Shown here: in pieces, positions 1 to 9,394 of the stretch
Layout: each line of letters starts with the position of its first letter
How positions within the stretch are numbered: the first letter of the stretch is position 1
Origin: Omnitrophica WOR_2 bacterium GWF2_43_52
GTDB taxonomy: Bacteria > Omnitrophota > Gorgyraeia > Gygaellales > UBA12090
Reading direction: 5' to 3'
NCBI GenBank assembly: GCA_001805445.1
Contig: MHGF01000022.1
Span: forward strand, 10,613 to 74,612
DNA: 64,000 bases
Position numbers and translations under genes: made by a program
Notes under the pieces: model-generated
Databases searched by the model: none
What the model was told of the DNA's origin: nothing
What the model saw: only the letters and a program-made list of their open reading frames with translations

Positions 1-129
1 TTTTCTATACAACGAATCCTTTATTTCTTTAGCTTTTCCTAGTAATTCATACTCGTTATTTATGTTTTTAAAAATATCATCTGTGCTTTTTAACTTTACC
101 TCATCAGGAAGAAAATTATTAAAACTCAT
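1..129 (-). CDS. Partial CDS (5' end only; gene runs off the left edge of the window); unknown function
   Basis: ATG (complement of 127-129) opens an uninterrupted reading frame on the minus strand (MSFNNFLPDEVKLKSTDDIF...) to position 1; not in ORF track because truncated. Confidence 0.25.
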   Translation of the reverse strand, partial: MSFNNFLPDEVKLKSTDDIFKNINNEYELLGKAKEIKDSLYRK

Positions 130-183
130 CAATATGGTCACAATCTTTTCTTTATCTTCTGTAAGCGCCGAAGAGGCGTCGGA

Positions 184-2025
184 TTAATTCATAACGCCTA
201 ATTCCAAAGCGGCTGCTTTAGATAAAGCTTTGAACTTATCAACTAATACTTGTGCCGCATTCTTAAGAACCGTATCTTTAATTGCGTTTACATCTCTCAC
301 TAAACGAGTTATCCCGCTATTCAAGGTGTCTAAATATTTTTCTTCGTCTATTTTAAAATCGGCATAATAAGGATACTTCTTATCTATATCTTTCCACTCC
401 GATTGGTCTTTAAAGCTTGGGTTGCGGTTTAATAAATCAAACTGTGCTCGAACCTGCTTTCTTGCCTCTACCTGTGTTAGCGGCGAAGAGCCAGCAGATG
501 TTTTTTTAAGCATCTCGTAAATTTCCTCAAGCCTTAAAACAATATTTTCTTTATGTTGCAGACCGCGAAAATAAGCAAGTGCTTCCTTTATTCTCCCCAA
601 TAATTCTTTATTTTCTAAACCTGCAAACCCAACAAGATAAGATCTAAGCTTTTCAAAATCTTCCCAAGAAATATTCTTATCATCAAGCATATCTAAAATT
701 GCACGCCTTGCATCATAATCGGCTTGTATACTAAGCATAACTTCCTGTAGTGTAGGTTCTGGCGGGACACGATGTATCAAATCATGGGAAAAAGCCCCAA
801 GCACATAGCTAACAAACCCAATAGCGATTAGATCTAATATTTGCATTGATTTACCTTTGAATAGTGGACTTCCGGCCTTAAAACCGCCTTTAATTAAAGG
901 CTCAGATTTCCCGGTCATATCTGTCCCCCCGCTCATATAGCTTCTGACTGACTGTCCGTAGAGGCCGGGTACTGTTTCTTTGAGATTATACTCGCCTTGC
1001 TCAAAAGACTTCTTGTATTCATTAAAGTAAGTAGTCGTGTTCCATTGTTCTTTTGAAGTAAGATTGGTAAGGTTATGTGAATCAATAAGTTTACTATAGG
1101 GGTTAGCTGGTTTGCCGGTAAGCGGGTTAACCGGCTCACTGGTTGACCCGTTCACTGGTTCACCAAATCTATCCTTAAACCATCGTGAGAGAATAAGCGA
1201 AAAGTAGACCTGCCGTAAAGAGGCATAGCGCTTGGCGGTATTTACCTCTTTGGTGAGTTTCGGTAAAATAAGCTCCCGGATAAGTTGGGTAGAATATTGA
1301 TTAAGCTCTTTTAGCCTTAGATCTTTGAAACTATAATTTATTATCGTCCCTCGTCTTTCGTCCTTCGTCTCTCGTAAATAATCCTCCTCCAGCATCACCT
1401 TCAGGTTCGCCTTATACACATACGCGCTTGCGGAAAGCGAAGCCGAACCGGAATCTTCGCTCTCCCTGATAATTACCTCACCCGGCACAATCCAAGGCCG
1501 GGTTATGGTGGGAATAGTGATATTTTCTGTTCCAAAGAGCTCACCTGCTCTCTTATATAGCTTATCCCAATAGCTCTTTCCTTCGGGTGTTTGAGGTGAG
1601 GTAAAATTGGCGGTATCTTTCTTAAGCTGCAGGTCTGCCTCAAGGAGTATTTTTCCTATATCTGTCCTTTCAAGCTCAGGGTCAATGATCTGGCTTTCGG
1701 CATCCGGCCTCAAGTTTACCCAAAACTTGTCATTGGGCAGAGATATTCCTATAAGAAAATAATTAAGCAGTTCTTTAGCTTTATCCTGCAATTCCTCATC
1801 CTTTATATCCTTGAGGTCACCTTTATCTAAAAGAAGGTTAAAATTATCGGCAAGGCTGTCGTAGGAGAAATAGCGCAGGTGGAGGGGGCGGAATTTATCT
1901 GTACTCATTAACGGCATCTGGGTTAAATACTGCCCAATATTCAACTCTGCTATGCCTTGGGCAAAAACCGGCTGGGTAAATATCATACTTAGGGATAAAA
2001 ACAGGGAAATGATTTTCTTGAACAT
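184..2025 (-). CDS. Large secreted hypothetical protein (613 aa) with N-terminal signal peptide
   Basis: Long ORF, signal peptide MFKKIISLFLSLSMIFTQPVFAQG, AGGAGG Shine-Dalgarno 8 nt upstream of ATG; no recognisable catalytic motif. Confidence 0.6.
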   Translation of the reverse strand: MFKKIISLFLSLSMIFTQPVFAQGIAELNIGQYLTQMPLMSTDKFRPLHLRYFSYDSLADNFNLLLDKGDLKDIKDEELQDKAKELLNYFLIGISLPNDKFWVNLRPDAESQIIDPELERTDIGKILLEADLQLKKDTANFTSPQTPEGKSYWDKLYKRAGELFGTENITIPTITRPWIVPGEVIIRESEDSGSASLSASAYVYKANLKVMLEEDYLRETKDERRGTIINYSFKDLRLKELNQYSTQLIRELILPKLTKEVNTAKRYASLRQVYFSLILSRWFKDRFGEPVNGSTSEPVNPLTGKPANPYSKLIDSHNLTNLTSKEQWNTTTYFNEYKKSFEQGEYNLKETVPGLYGQSVRSYMSGGTDMTGKSEPLIKGGFKAGSPLFKGKSMQILDLIAIGFVSYVLGAFSHDLIHRVPPEPTLQEVMLSIQADYDARRAILDMLDDKNISWEDFEKLRSYLVGFAGLENKELLGRIKEALAYFRGLQHKENIVLRLEEIYEMLKKTSAGSSPLTQVEARKQVRAQFDLLNRNPSFKDQSEWKDIDKKYPYYADFKIDEEKYLDTLNSGITRLVRDVNAIKDTVLKNAAQVLVDKFKALSKAAALELGVMN

Positions 2026-2085
2026 CTTTTAATCCTCCTAAACTACCAATAACCTACCAAATTCAACCTCGTAGGTTGATTTTGG

Positions 2086-2134
2086 TTATCAAAAACAAAA
2101 AGCCAGACTGACCATTTTCTGAGTCTGTCTGGCT
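2086..2134 (-). terminator. Rho-independent terminator downstream of the ZIP transporter gene
   Basis: Hairpin agccagac...gtctggct followed on the minus strand by a U-rich tract (ttttgttttt). Confidence 0.5.
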
Positions 2135-2238
2135 TAAATTTTACTCGCCGCTTGCAGAGCGCCTCCACACTCTACAAGCTTGAACAGTTATATTGTTTTA
2201 TAAAGACTATATTAAGTATACAATAAAAAAAGATTTTG

Positions 2239-2973
2239 TCAAGCTATTTTGGTTAAAAGAAACATGAGAAAAATCCCAAATAAGAAGAAAGCTAAAGATA
2301 GGCCGGATCTTTTGGCATCTGTTTCCTTATGAATCTCGGGGACAAGGTCAGCGCTGGCTATATAGAGAAAACCTCCCGCGGTAAACGCAAGCAGTATATG
2401 AGAAAAACCTTCAATTGTATGAGAAATAAAATAGCCTAAGAGCGCTCCTCCAAAAGCAGTTAAAGCTGAGAGAAAATTATAAAAAAGCGCTTTTGCCTTG
2501 CTGAATCCTCCATACACCAATACCCCGAAATCCCCAAGCTCCTGAGGGATTTCATGGATAATCACAAGCAAGGTGGTAAAAAAACCTACCTGCGTGGAAA
2601 CGGAAAAACTTCCCGCTATGACCAAGCCGTCAATAAAATTATGCAGGCTGTCGCCGGCTATGTTAAGATAGGTAAAGGCGTGCTTATGGCAGACGCCGTC
2701 ATGGCAGTGGCGCCAAAAAAGGTATTTTTCCAGGAAAAAAAATAAAACAAAACCGCCCAATACAAAGATAAAAACAGCCTGCGTGCCGCCTTTTTCTATT
2801 GCCTCAGGGATAAGGTGGAGGAAAGCCCCACCCATCAGCGCGCCCGCGGAAAAGGCAACAAGCAAGAAAAGAATCGCGTTAAGAAACTTTTCCTTCATTG
2901 CCAAGGTCAAGACTCCGATAAGCGAAATAACGCTCACCGCAAATGTGCTTAATAAAATAAGTAAGAGTTGCAT
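2239..2973 (-). CDS. zupT: ZIP family zinc/metal transporter (ZupT-like)
   Basis: Multi-TM protein with the ZIP signature HEIPQELGDFGVL; start trimmed to the internal Met MQLLLILLS because upstream codons lie inside a repeat element. Confidence 0.8.
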   Translation of the reverse strand: MQLLLILLSTFAVSVISLIGVLTLAMKEKFLNAILFLLVAFSAGALMGGAFLHLIPEAIEKGGTQAVFIFVLGGFVLFFFLEKYLFWRHCHDGVCHKHAFTYLNIAGDSLHNFIDGLVIAGSFSVSTQVGFFTTLLVIIHEIPQELGDFGVLVYGGFSKAKALFYNFLSALTAFGGALLGYFISHTIEGFSHILLAFTAGGFLYIASADLVPEIHKETDAKRSGLSLAFFLFGIFLMFLLTKIA

Positions 2974-2979
2974 ACTTTT

Positions 2980-3075
2980 AACACGAATTAACACGAATTA
3001 CACACAAATGTACACGAATATAATTAAATAATTCGTGCCTGTTCGTGTTTGATTTGTGTGAATTCGTGTAAATTT
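2980..3075. repeat. Copy 1 of a roughly 90-bp imperfect palindrome built from ACACGAATT / AATTCGTGT and CACACAAAT words
   Basis: acacgaatta acacgaatta cacacaaatg tacacgaata | taattaaata | attcgtgcc tgttcgtgtt tgatttgtgtg aattcgtgta; right half is the inverted complement of the left half; 6 nt upstream of the zupT start. Confidence 0.8.
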
Positions 3076-3333
3076 TATTACCCTAGATTCGGTTTTCTGC
3101 CTTTATTAGCCTTCTTTGAACGCCAATTAAGTTTACCCCTTCTTTTACGCTTACTCATTGTGAGGACCGCTCCTTTCATGCAATAATTAATTTCTGGTAT
3201 AATTCTTGCCGTATTATAGCTTAGGCTTGCGAGAAAATCAACAACTATTGACAATAAGGAATCTTATGATTATAATATAATTAGAAATTTAAAGGTATAC
3301 TAGAGTTTTATACTAAGAAAGGAGCGATATTCG

Positions 3334-3639
3334 ATGAAAAAGGCTGTAGTTCTAACCATAATGATGCTTATGCCTCTTGCCATTATTAGTTGCACCACTA
3401 CTCAAAAAGGAGCGGCAGTAGGCGGATTAGGCGGGGCTGCCTTAGGTGGAATAATTGGCCATCAATCAGGACATGGCGGTGAAGGCGCGGCAATTGGAGC
3501 AGCGGTTGGCGCGATCTCAGGGGCGTTAGTCGGCGAGCAGATGGATAAAAAATTCTGCCCCGTATGCGGCGCTGAATACACCTCAGGGGTTACATACTGC
3601 TCAAAAGACGGCACAGAGCTAAAGTTAAAGCAAAAATAA
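3334..3639 (+). CDS. Small lipoprotein with glycine-zipper segment and C-terminal zinc-ribbon (C-x2-C ... C)
   Basis: Signal peptide plus lipobox-like IISC, Gly-rich GAAVGGLGGAALGGIIG, CPVCGAEYTSGVTYC. Confidence 0.5.
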   Translation: MKKAVVLTIMMLMPLAIISCTTTQKGAAVGGLGGAALGGIIGHQSGHGGEGAAIGAAVGAISGALVGEQMDKKFCPVCGAEYTSGVTYCSKDGTELKLKQK

Positions 3640-3725
3640 TTCTTTAAAGAAACTTCTTAAAGAAGTTTCTTTAAAGAAGCCAGGTTTTTTATTATTTTAA
3701 AAGGCCTGGCTTTTTTTATTTCCGA
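3640..3725. terminator. Bidirectional terminator region between convergent genes (tandem hairpins)
   Basis: Perfect 17-bp-arm palindrome ttctttaaagaaacttc ttaa gaagtttctttaaagaa followed by agccagg...cctggct hairpin and T7 run. Confidence 0.55.
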
Positions 3726-4319
3726 AACCGTGCTTGAGCCGGTTGTTACCGCGATTGCCTTTACCTTTGCATTGCGCGCGGTTTGAATATCAACGGTCAT
3801 ATCGCCGACAAAAAGCGTTTCTGAGTTTTTTGCTTTTAGCCTTTTCATAATGGTAATGATAATTTCCGGATCAGGTTTTCCCCGCGGGAGCTTGTCCGCG
3901 CATAAAATATAATCAAAAAACTCCTTGATTTTTAACTGCTTGACAATGATATTGGTAAATGCCGCAGGACGGTTAGAGGCAATAGCGATCTTAAAGCCAT
4001 GGCGTTTTAAATAGTGTAATAACCGCTTCGCGAAAGGAAGGAGCTTGGAATATTTTTTCAAGGAATCCCGATGGTGGCTGCGGTAAATCCTCAAGGCTTT
4101 CGTTATATCCTTTTCTTTGATAAACGCTGATACAAGCCTTGTATCTCCCCAGCCTACCGCCCTGCATATACGCCAAGGCTCTGCCTGAGGATACCCTAAC
4201 GTTTGAAGCGTAAAATTCATGCTTCTGACAATTGCTTCATAGGCATTAACCAAAGTGCCGTCAAGGTCAAAAATAACCACTCGTACACCGCGGGAATCCC
4301 GAACATTGCTGTTTTTCAT
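3657..4319 (-). CDS. HAD-superfamily hydrolase (phosphoglycolate-phosphatase-like)
   Basis: Motif I VVIFDLDGTLVN and C-terminal GDM..D motif typical of HAD hydrolases. Confidence 0.8.
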   Translation of the reverse strand: MKNSNVRDSRGVRVVIFDLDGTLVNAYEAIVRSMNFTLQTLGYPQAEPWRICRAVGWGDTRLVSAFIKEKDITKALRIYRSHHRDSLKKYSKLLPFAKRLLHYLKRHGFKIAIASNRPAAFTNIIVKQLKIKEFFDYILCADKLPRGKPDPEIIITIMKRLKAKNSETLFVGDMTVDIQTARNAKVKAIAVTTGSSTVSEIKKARPFKIIKNLASLKKLL

Positions 4320-4389
4320 AGAGTCATACTACCAATAAAAAACCCTTGGCATCTAAGAAGTTTTGCTTCATAGAATGCCAAGGGTAAAA

Positions 4390-4827
4390 CTATTGCGCTT
4401 TTTCTTCCGGGATTATCCCCATGAGCGGATCATCACTCATACCGGGAGTTTCAGGCATTGCTTCTATATTCTCGATAGAAATATTTCTTGCGATGTTCTG
4501 GCCATTGTTGAGCGCGTAATCAATACTCGCGGTATCGCCTATCTTAATTCCGCTTATATCCTTTACGCCTTCAAATTTTGTCTCCGCGTCTGTTATCAGG
4601 AGAAGCTCTTTTTCTTCATCAGTTTGATAGTCCATATAAATAACGGTTAACTTTGCTGCCTGCGAATCTATCTCCTTTACCTCACCCCAAACCCAGGAAA
4701 TTTCATCCGTTGCGGGCATACTCTCCGTTACCGCCTCTTCTACCGCTCTCGGCTCATGCTGGCAGAATCCTGCTCCCGCTAAAGAAAGTAACCCGATTAT
4801 CGTTAATGCGTACACCTTGGTTTTCAT
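4390..4827 (-). CDS. Secreted/periplasmic hypothetical protein (145 aa)
   Basis: ORF with signal peptide MKTKVYALTIIGLLSLAGAG; no family recognised. Confidence 0.45.
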   Translation of the reverse strand: MKTKVYALTIIGLLSLAGAGFCQHEPRAVEEAVTESMPATDEISWVWGEVKEIDSQAAKLTVIYMDYQTDEEKELLLITDAETKFEGVKDISGIKIGDTASIDYALNNGQNIARNISIENIEAMPETPGMSDDPLMGIIPEEKAQ

Positions 4828-4908
4828 ATTTATCCAGCCTCCTCTCTTTCTATAGAAGTACTATAAACAAATCTTATCTTATTGTCAAGGACAATCAGGA
4901 ATTCCCCT

Positions 4909-5511
4909 TTAGCCGGCATCCGGTTTGAGGATGCCCCCGGATATGATAAGCTTCATCCCATCTTCAATAGACATATCCATGAATTTTACATCCCGCTTAG
5001 CCACAAATACTAAAAACCCGCTCCATGGCCCCGGAGTTGTGCCTATAAGCACGTGAATAAGTTCTTCTCCTATTTTATCCTGTGCCTCTTTAAAACCCGT
5101 ATTGGTCATAAAACCAAGCGACCAAATACCTTTTGAAGGATATTCTATCAAAACGACTTTCTTAAAAGCCGCCTGATCCTTGGAAAAGAGAAAGCCGACA
5201 ATCTGTTTTGCCGAAGGATAAATCTGGCGTATTCCCGGAAGTTTGAGAAACCAGCCCTCAAAGGCATGCAAAACTTTTTTACCTAAGAAATGAGAAGCGA
5301 AAAATCCTGCTACCAAAACCAGGGTAATCCCTAAGACAATGCCTATCCCGGGGATAAAAAAACCGAACGTTTGTTCAAGATAGTTGTTGATAAACCCGCC
5401 GAAAATACCATCAATAAACTTAAAGATAAACGTGATAAGGTATACGGTAATAAAAAGGGGTAGAATCAACAGTAAGCCCGCGACAAAATAACGGCGTAAT
5501 TTTATCATCAT
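4909..5511 (-). CDS. DUF502 family membrane protein
   Basis: Two N-terminal TM helices then conserved ...KGIWSLGFMT...TTPGPWSGFLVFV...GGILKP region characteristic of DUF502. Confidence 0.6.
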   Translation of the reverse strand: MMIKLRRYFVAGLLLILPLFITVYLITFIFKFIDGIFGGFINNYLEQTFGFFIPGIGIVLGITLVLVAGFFASHFLGKKVLHAFEGWFLKLPGIRQIYPSAKQIVGFLFSKDQAAFKKVVLIEYPSKGIWSLGFMTNTGFKEAQDKIGEELIHVLIGTTPGPWSGFLVFVAKRDVKFMDMSIEDGMKLIISGGILKPDAG

Positions 5512-5748
5512 CTTTGTCTCCTCAGAATATATCGGTAACGGCACCCAAAAACTTGCCTGAGAAATCAGGAATGGTTACTTATAGATAAAAACTATGCCCT
5601 TCTCCTTTACCGGAATATATGAGAAAAGCATAGGGGCATACCTTTAAGGCCCACAAGAAATTAAAAAAATACCCTGCCCTTATCTTCTGTAAGCATTACT
5701 CTCACAAATAATAAAGGCAGGGTAAACAGCACGGTTAAAAACCCCTTG

Positions 5749-5967
5749 CTATTCTTTAGCTATAGCTAAAGCAATGACACCTGCTAAAATAAGGAATGGG
5801 CCTGCGCATCCTTTAATTAAGGTCCAGATTTCCCATCTCCATCTCACAACCAAATATGCCCCTAAAACCAAAAGAACAAGGCCTAATACGACTTTCAGGA
5901 CTGTTTTGAATATTTTGTCCGTATCTGTCTTTTCTGCTTCTTTTGTTTCCTTCACCTCTTCTGCCAT
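5749..5967 (-). CDS. Small membrane protein (72 aa), hypothetical
   Basis: Acidic N-terminus followed by two hydrophobic helices; lies downstream of repeat copy 2. Confidence 0.35.
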   Translation of the reverse strand: MAEEVKETKEAEKTDTDKIFKTVLKVVLGLVLLVLGAYLVVRWRWEIWTLIKGCAGPFLILAGVIALAIAKE

Positions 5968-6078
5968 TTTTCCACCTCCTTAATTTCGTTGTTTCGCGGT
6001 TACGTTGAATTATAATAAGAAAACAACTGCTCCCCCACCCTTCAGCTATAGTAGTTATCACTGAAAAAGCGTCTTTTA

Positions 6079-6172
6079 AACACGAATTCCCACGAATTAC
6101 ACACTAATCATCACGAATACAGCGACGAAGTAATTCGTGTGTATTTGTGTGTAATTTGTGCCTATTCGTGTA
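6079..6172. repeat. Copy 2 of the CACGAAT-word imperfect palindrome
   Basis: aacacgaattcccacgaattacacactaatcatcacgaatac...aattcgtgtgtatttgtgtgtaatttgtgcctattcgtgtaaaa. Confidence 0.8.
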
Positions 6173-6229
6173 AAATAAAGGTTTTTCAGCGGTAACTATA
6201 GTATATAGCTGAAGGCAACACAGGGACTT

Positions 6230-7141
6230 TTAATGTGGCCTGCTTTTCCATCTTCGGTGTATCCATCCCCATTCCTGAGGATACTTTTGTATGTATGACT
6301 CAATGATTGATGTAATCCTTTGTATGATAGCGTGTATTGTTTCATCATTGGTATCTTTTTTCTCAATACTTACTTCCGGTTCTATCATTAGTGTATGTGT
6401 ATCAGACGGCTGGCGTACAATAAACATAGGAAGTATCGGAGCCTGAGTTCTTAACGCGAGGATAGCCGGCCCTGTCGCGGTTGCTGCCTGCCTACCAAAG
6501 AAATCCACGAATACCCCGGCTGTACCGAAATTTTGGTCTAATTGGATAAAAAGCACCTCATTATTGCGTAGCGCCCTCAAAGAATTATCCACACACGCTT
6601 GGCGGGGCGTGCTATGAATAGAATGTATTCCCATCATAGCCCTGCGCTTCTCCAGAAAATCTTCCACCTTATCGTCTCGCATCTTGCGCAAAATCACGCT
6701 TACCTTATAGCCTTCCTGTCTTAATTTGGTAAGCGCTAAAGGGAAATTTCCGAAATGCGCGCTTACGGCAATGGCACCATTCCCCTTTAACAGGGCTTGA
6801 TCAAGATAGCATTTCCCTTCAATGGCCACCATTCCCTTTGCTCTTTGCGGGGCTTCAAGAATCGAAAGTAATTCAACACCGCTTTTTGCCATATTCTGGA
6901 AGCAATTTCGCGCGATGGTTACCTTTGCTTGCTTTGTTAAACGATTCTCAAAAGCAACCTCCAAACTCTCTAAAGCGATGTGCCGCTGTTTTACTGCTAT
7001 CCCATAAGCCATTGTGGCTATTGTCTGGGCAAAACCATAAAGCCATTTCCTGGGTAAACACCCAACTATCAAAGAACAAAGATATAATGATTCCCTGGCA
7101 AGCAAACGATTAAAACGCTTCCCAGCATCCTTTAAAGCCAT
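6230..7141 (-). CDS. lpxL: Lipid A biosynthesis lauroyl/myristoyl acyltransferase (LpxL/HtrB family)
   Basis: LPLAT HX4E-type motif AHFGNFP and C-terminal KYPQEWGWIHRRWK typical of LpxL. Confidence 0.75.
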   Translation of the reverse strand: MALKDAGKRFNRLLARESLYLCSLIVGCLPRKWLYGFAQTIATMAYGIAVKQRHIALESLEVAFENRLTKQAKVTIARNCFQNMAKSGVELLSILEAPQRAKGMVAIEGKCYLDQALLKGNGAIAVSAHFGNFPLALTKLRQEGYKVSVILRKMRDDKVEDFLEKRRAMMGIHSIHSTPRQACVDNSLRALRNNEVLFIQLDQNFGTAGVFVDFFGRQAATATGPAILALRTQAPILPMFIVRQPSDTHTLMIEPEVSIEKKDTNDETIHAIIQRITSIIESYIQKYPQEWGWIHRRWKSRPH

Positions 7142-7189
7142 ATAAGCTCCTACTAGTATAACAAATTTGTTCTTCTAAGCAAGTATTTT

Positions 7190-7675
7190 TTATCGCTTGT
7201 AGCCAAGTTTGCGCAGCAACCCCTTACGCCAGCGCACATCTTCTTCTTTTTCCAGCCCTTTCGGCCCTGCGCCGTCAATAACACCCATAATCCCCCTGCC
7301 TAAGGCTGTCTGGGCTACAATCACCTCAAGAGGATTCGCGGTCGCGCAATAAACAGTACAGACCTCCGCAATCATCTTTACACCATTAAGGATATTGATA
7401 GGATACCCCTGGCGTACTACTACTACAAAACAATGGCCGCAGGCAAGTTCCAAACAATTCTGCTCGGCCAAGGCTTTAAGTTCATCATCATTGCCATCGC
7501 TGCGCACAAGGCAAGCGCCTGAAGCCTCGGAAAATGCCACGCCAAACTTGATTGCCGGGCTTGATTGCGCGATCGTTTCATACATATCTTCAACTGTCTT
7601 AATAAAATGAGCCTGGCCAATAATAATATTGGCGTCATCGGGCTTCTTCATAGAAATTACTTTGAGCTCTACCAT
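7190..7675 (-). CDS. DUF355 / adenosine-specific-kinase-like small protein
   Basis: About 160-aa protein; resemblance to PF04008-type proteins is from memory only. Confidence 0.35.
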   Translation of the reverse strand: MVELKVISMKKPDDANIIIGQAHFIKTVEDMYETIAQSSPAIKFGVAFSEASGACLVRSDGNDDELKALAEQNCLELACGHCFVVVVRQGYPINILNGVKMIAEVCTVYCATANPLEVIVAQTALGRGIMGVIDGAGPKGLEKEEDVRWRKGLLRKLGYKR

Positions 7676-8559
7676 TGTCCCTTACCTCTTTTCTTGCCAT
7701 CATTGCTCCCCGGTTCTACATGTACCACGACGTCAGAAACCCCGTTTATCGCCGTTTTTATTTTCTCCTCAATCCTATCACATAACTTGTCTGCCTGCGT
7801 AACAGTCATATCCTTATGCACCAGGACGTGTAAATCTATATGGATATCGTCAGTTCTTCCCCGCGTCCTGATATCGTGGCATTCAAGCACCCCGTCGATA
7901 GCAGTGACGAGCGCCTCAATACTTTTTATCTCTACCATCGCGGTATCACATAAGACTTTTGAGCTGGAAAATACGATACTCCATGCCGCGTAAGCAATGA
8001 ATAATGCCACAATCAATGAACATACAGGGTCTAACAGAGGGTAGCCGATTTTTACCCCAATGAGCGCGCCTATCACTGTCAAGGAAGTCAAGATATCCGA
8101 ACGAGTATGAAGAGAATCTGCTACCAGAAAATCACTTTTTAATCTTTTGCCCATCCGGGATTCATATATCATGACACCGATATTGATGCCCATGGTAACA
8201 ATCATCACCGCAAAGCTCCAGAACGTAACCTCGGGCACGATGGGATGACGGAAACGTTCTAGCGTATCATGAATAATATAAAAAGCAATAATACTTAAGA
8301 TGAAGGCAATCACTATCGCGGCGAAAGTCTCATATTTCTTATGGCCGTAGGGATGATCCTCATCCTTAGGGCGCAGGCTGATGCTGACGCCGATAAGCCC
8401 AATGATATTTGAGGCCCCGTCAGAGAAAGAATGATACCCGTCACTTACCATCCCTGCACTTTTGGCGGTATAGCCGAAAACAACTTTTACAAGGGCAACA
8501 AACCAATTAAGCGCGAGCACCGCGATAAGGATATGTTTCACCTGCCTGCACTGTGCCAT
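7669..8559 (-). CDS. Cation diffusion facilitator (CDF) family metal efflux transporter
   Basis: Six TM helices, motif SDGYHSFSDGASN and C-terminal cytoplasmic domain typical of CzcD/FieF. Confidence 0.85.
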   Translation of the reverse strand: MAQCRQVKHILIAVLALNWFVALVKVVFGYTAKSAGMVSDGYHSFSDGASNIIGLIGVSISLRPKDEDHPYGHKKYETFAAIVIAFILSIIAFYIIHDTLERFRHPIVPEVTFWSFAVMIVTMGINIGVMIYESRMGKRLKSDFLVADSLHTRSDILTSLTVIGALIGVKIGYPLLDPVCSLIVALFIAYAAWSIVFSSSKVLCDTAMVEIKSIEALVTAIDGVLECHDIRTRGRTDDIHIDLHVLVHKDMTVTQADKLCDRIEEKIKTAINGVSDVVVHVEPGSNDGKKRGKGQW

Positions 8560-8560
8560 A

Positions 8561-9103
8561 TTATTCTAGGAAATCCATGGGATCAAGCAATTCCCCCTTG
8601 TTCCAGATTTCAAAATGTACATGCGGAATAACTCCATAGTGATTGGCGTTACCGGTTTTCCCAACTTCACCGACTATCTGGCCTTGGCGCAAAAGCTGGT
8701 TTTTCTTTACGCTTATTTTAGAAAGATGCCCGTACACCGTTACATACCCTTGGCCATGAAGTAAGCTGACATAATTACCCATCCCGCGGCTAAAACGGGC
8801 CTCTTGTACCTTCGCCTTCCTTACCGCGTAGACCGGAACACCCAGAGGAGCCTGCAAATCTATGCCGTTATGCTTACGGCTGCCGTTGCCGCGGCGTGCC
8901 TGAAAATCTCCCTCTCCCCAGCTATCATGACGAATGATAATCCTATCCTGCGTATAGTTAATAGGGCAACGAAAAAAAACCTTATCCAAATAATAAAGCT
9001 CGCCTGCCACATACAGGGGAAAAATGATTAAAAATATAAGTAAAATAAGATTGAGTATCCGTTGACGCATTTCGCTGAAAAACAAAAAAGCGATGGAGCC
9101 CAC
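8561..9103 (-). CDS. M23 family metallopeptidase
   Basis: HNGIDLQAP...GNYVSLLHGQGYVTVYGHL...HVHFEIW (HxxxD and HxH zinc motifs). Confidence 0.8.
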   Translation of the reverse strand: MGSIAFLFFSEMRQRILNLILLIFLIIFPLYVAGELYYLDKVFFRCPINYTQDRIIIRHDSWGEGDFQARRGNGSRKHNGIDLQAPLGVPVYAVRKAKVQEARFSRGMGNYVSLLHGQGYVTVYGHLSKISVKKNQLLRQGQIVGEVGKTGNANHYGVIPHVHFEIWNKGELLDPMDFLE

Positions 9104-9394
9104 CCGGGCTAAAGCCCGGGATCCTTTTCTTCTTGCCCCTTCGGGGCGGAATCCCGACCGACTCTTGTCTGTCCCGGCCGAAACGTCGGGACTCCATCCG
9201 CGCCCCTGAAGGCCGCGGTTTTGAAGCGTCGGGATAAATTAACCGATAGTTCACATTGGAATTGGTAGAAATTAATAGATATTTATGGAAATTGATTGCC
9301 TTTCTGTAACCTCTTTATATATAGCCGAACAATTAATTTCTATGAATCTCCACAAATTTCTATTAATTTCAACAAAGTTCCAGTTTCTTTTCAC

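Noticed and set aside
2980-3075. Zur/Fur box upstream of the ZIP zinc transporter
   Set aside because: The repeat words (ACACGAATT) do not resemble the Zur (..GTAATGATAACATTAC..) or Fur consensus, and the same element sits upstream of unrelated genes.
8982-9254. 90-aa Arg/Pro-rich ORF in the lnt-M23 intergenic region
   Set aside because: It lies in GC-rich hairpin DNA, has no SD, and its composition is typical of spurious ORFs.
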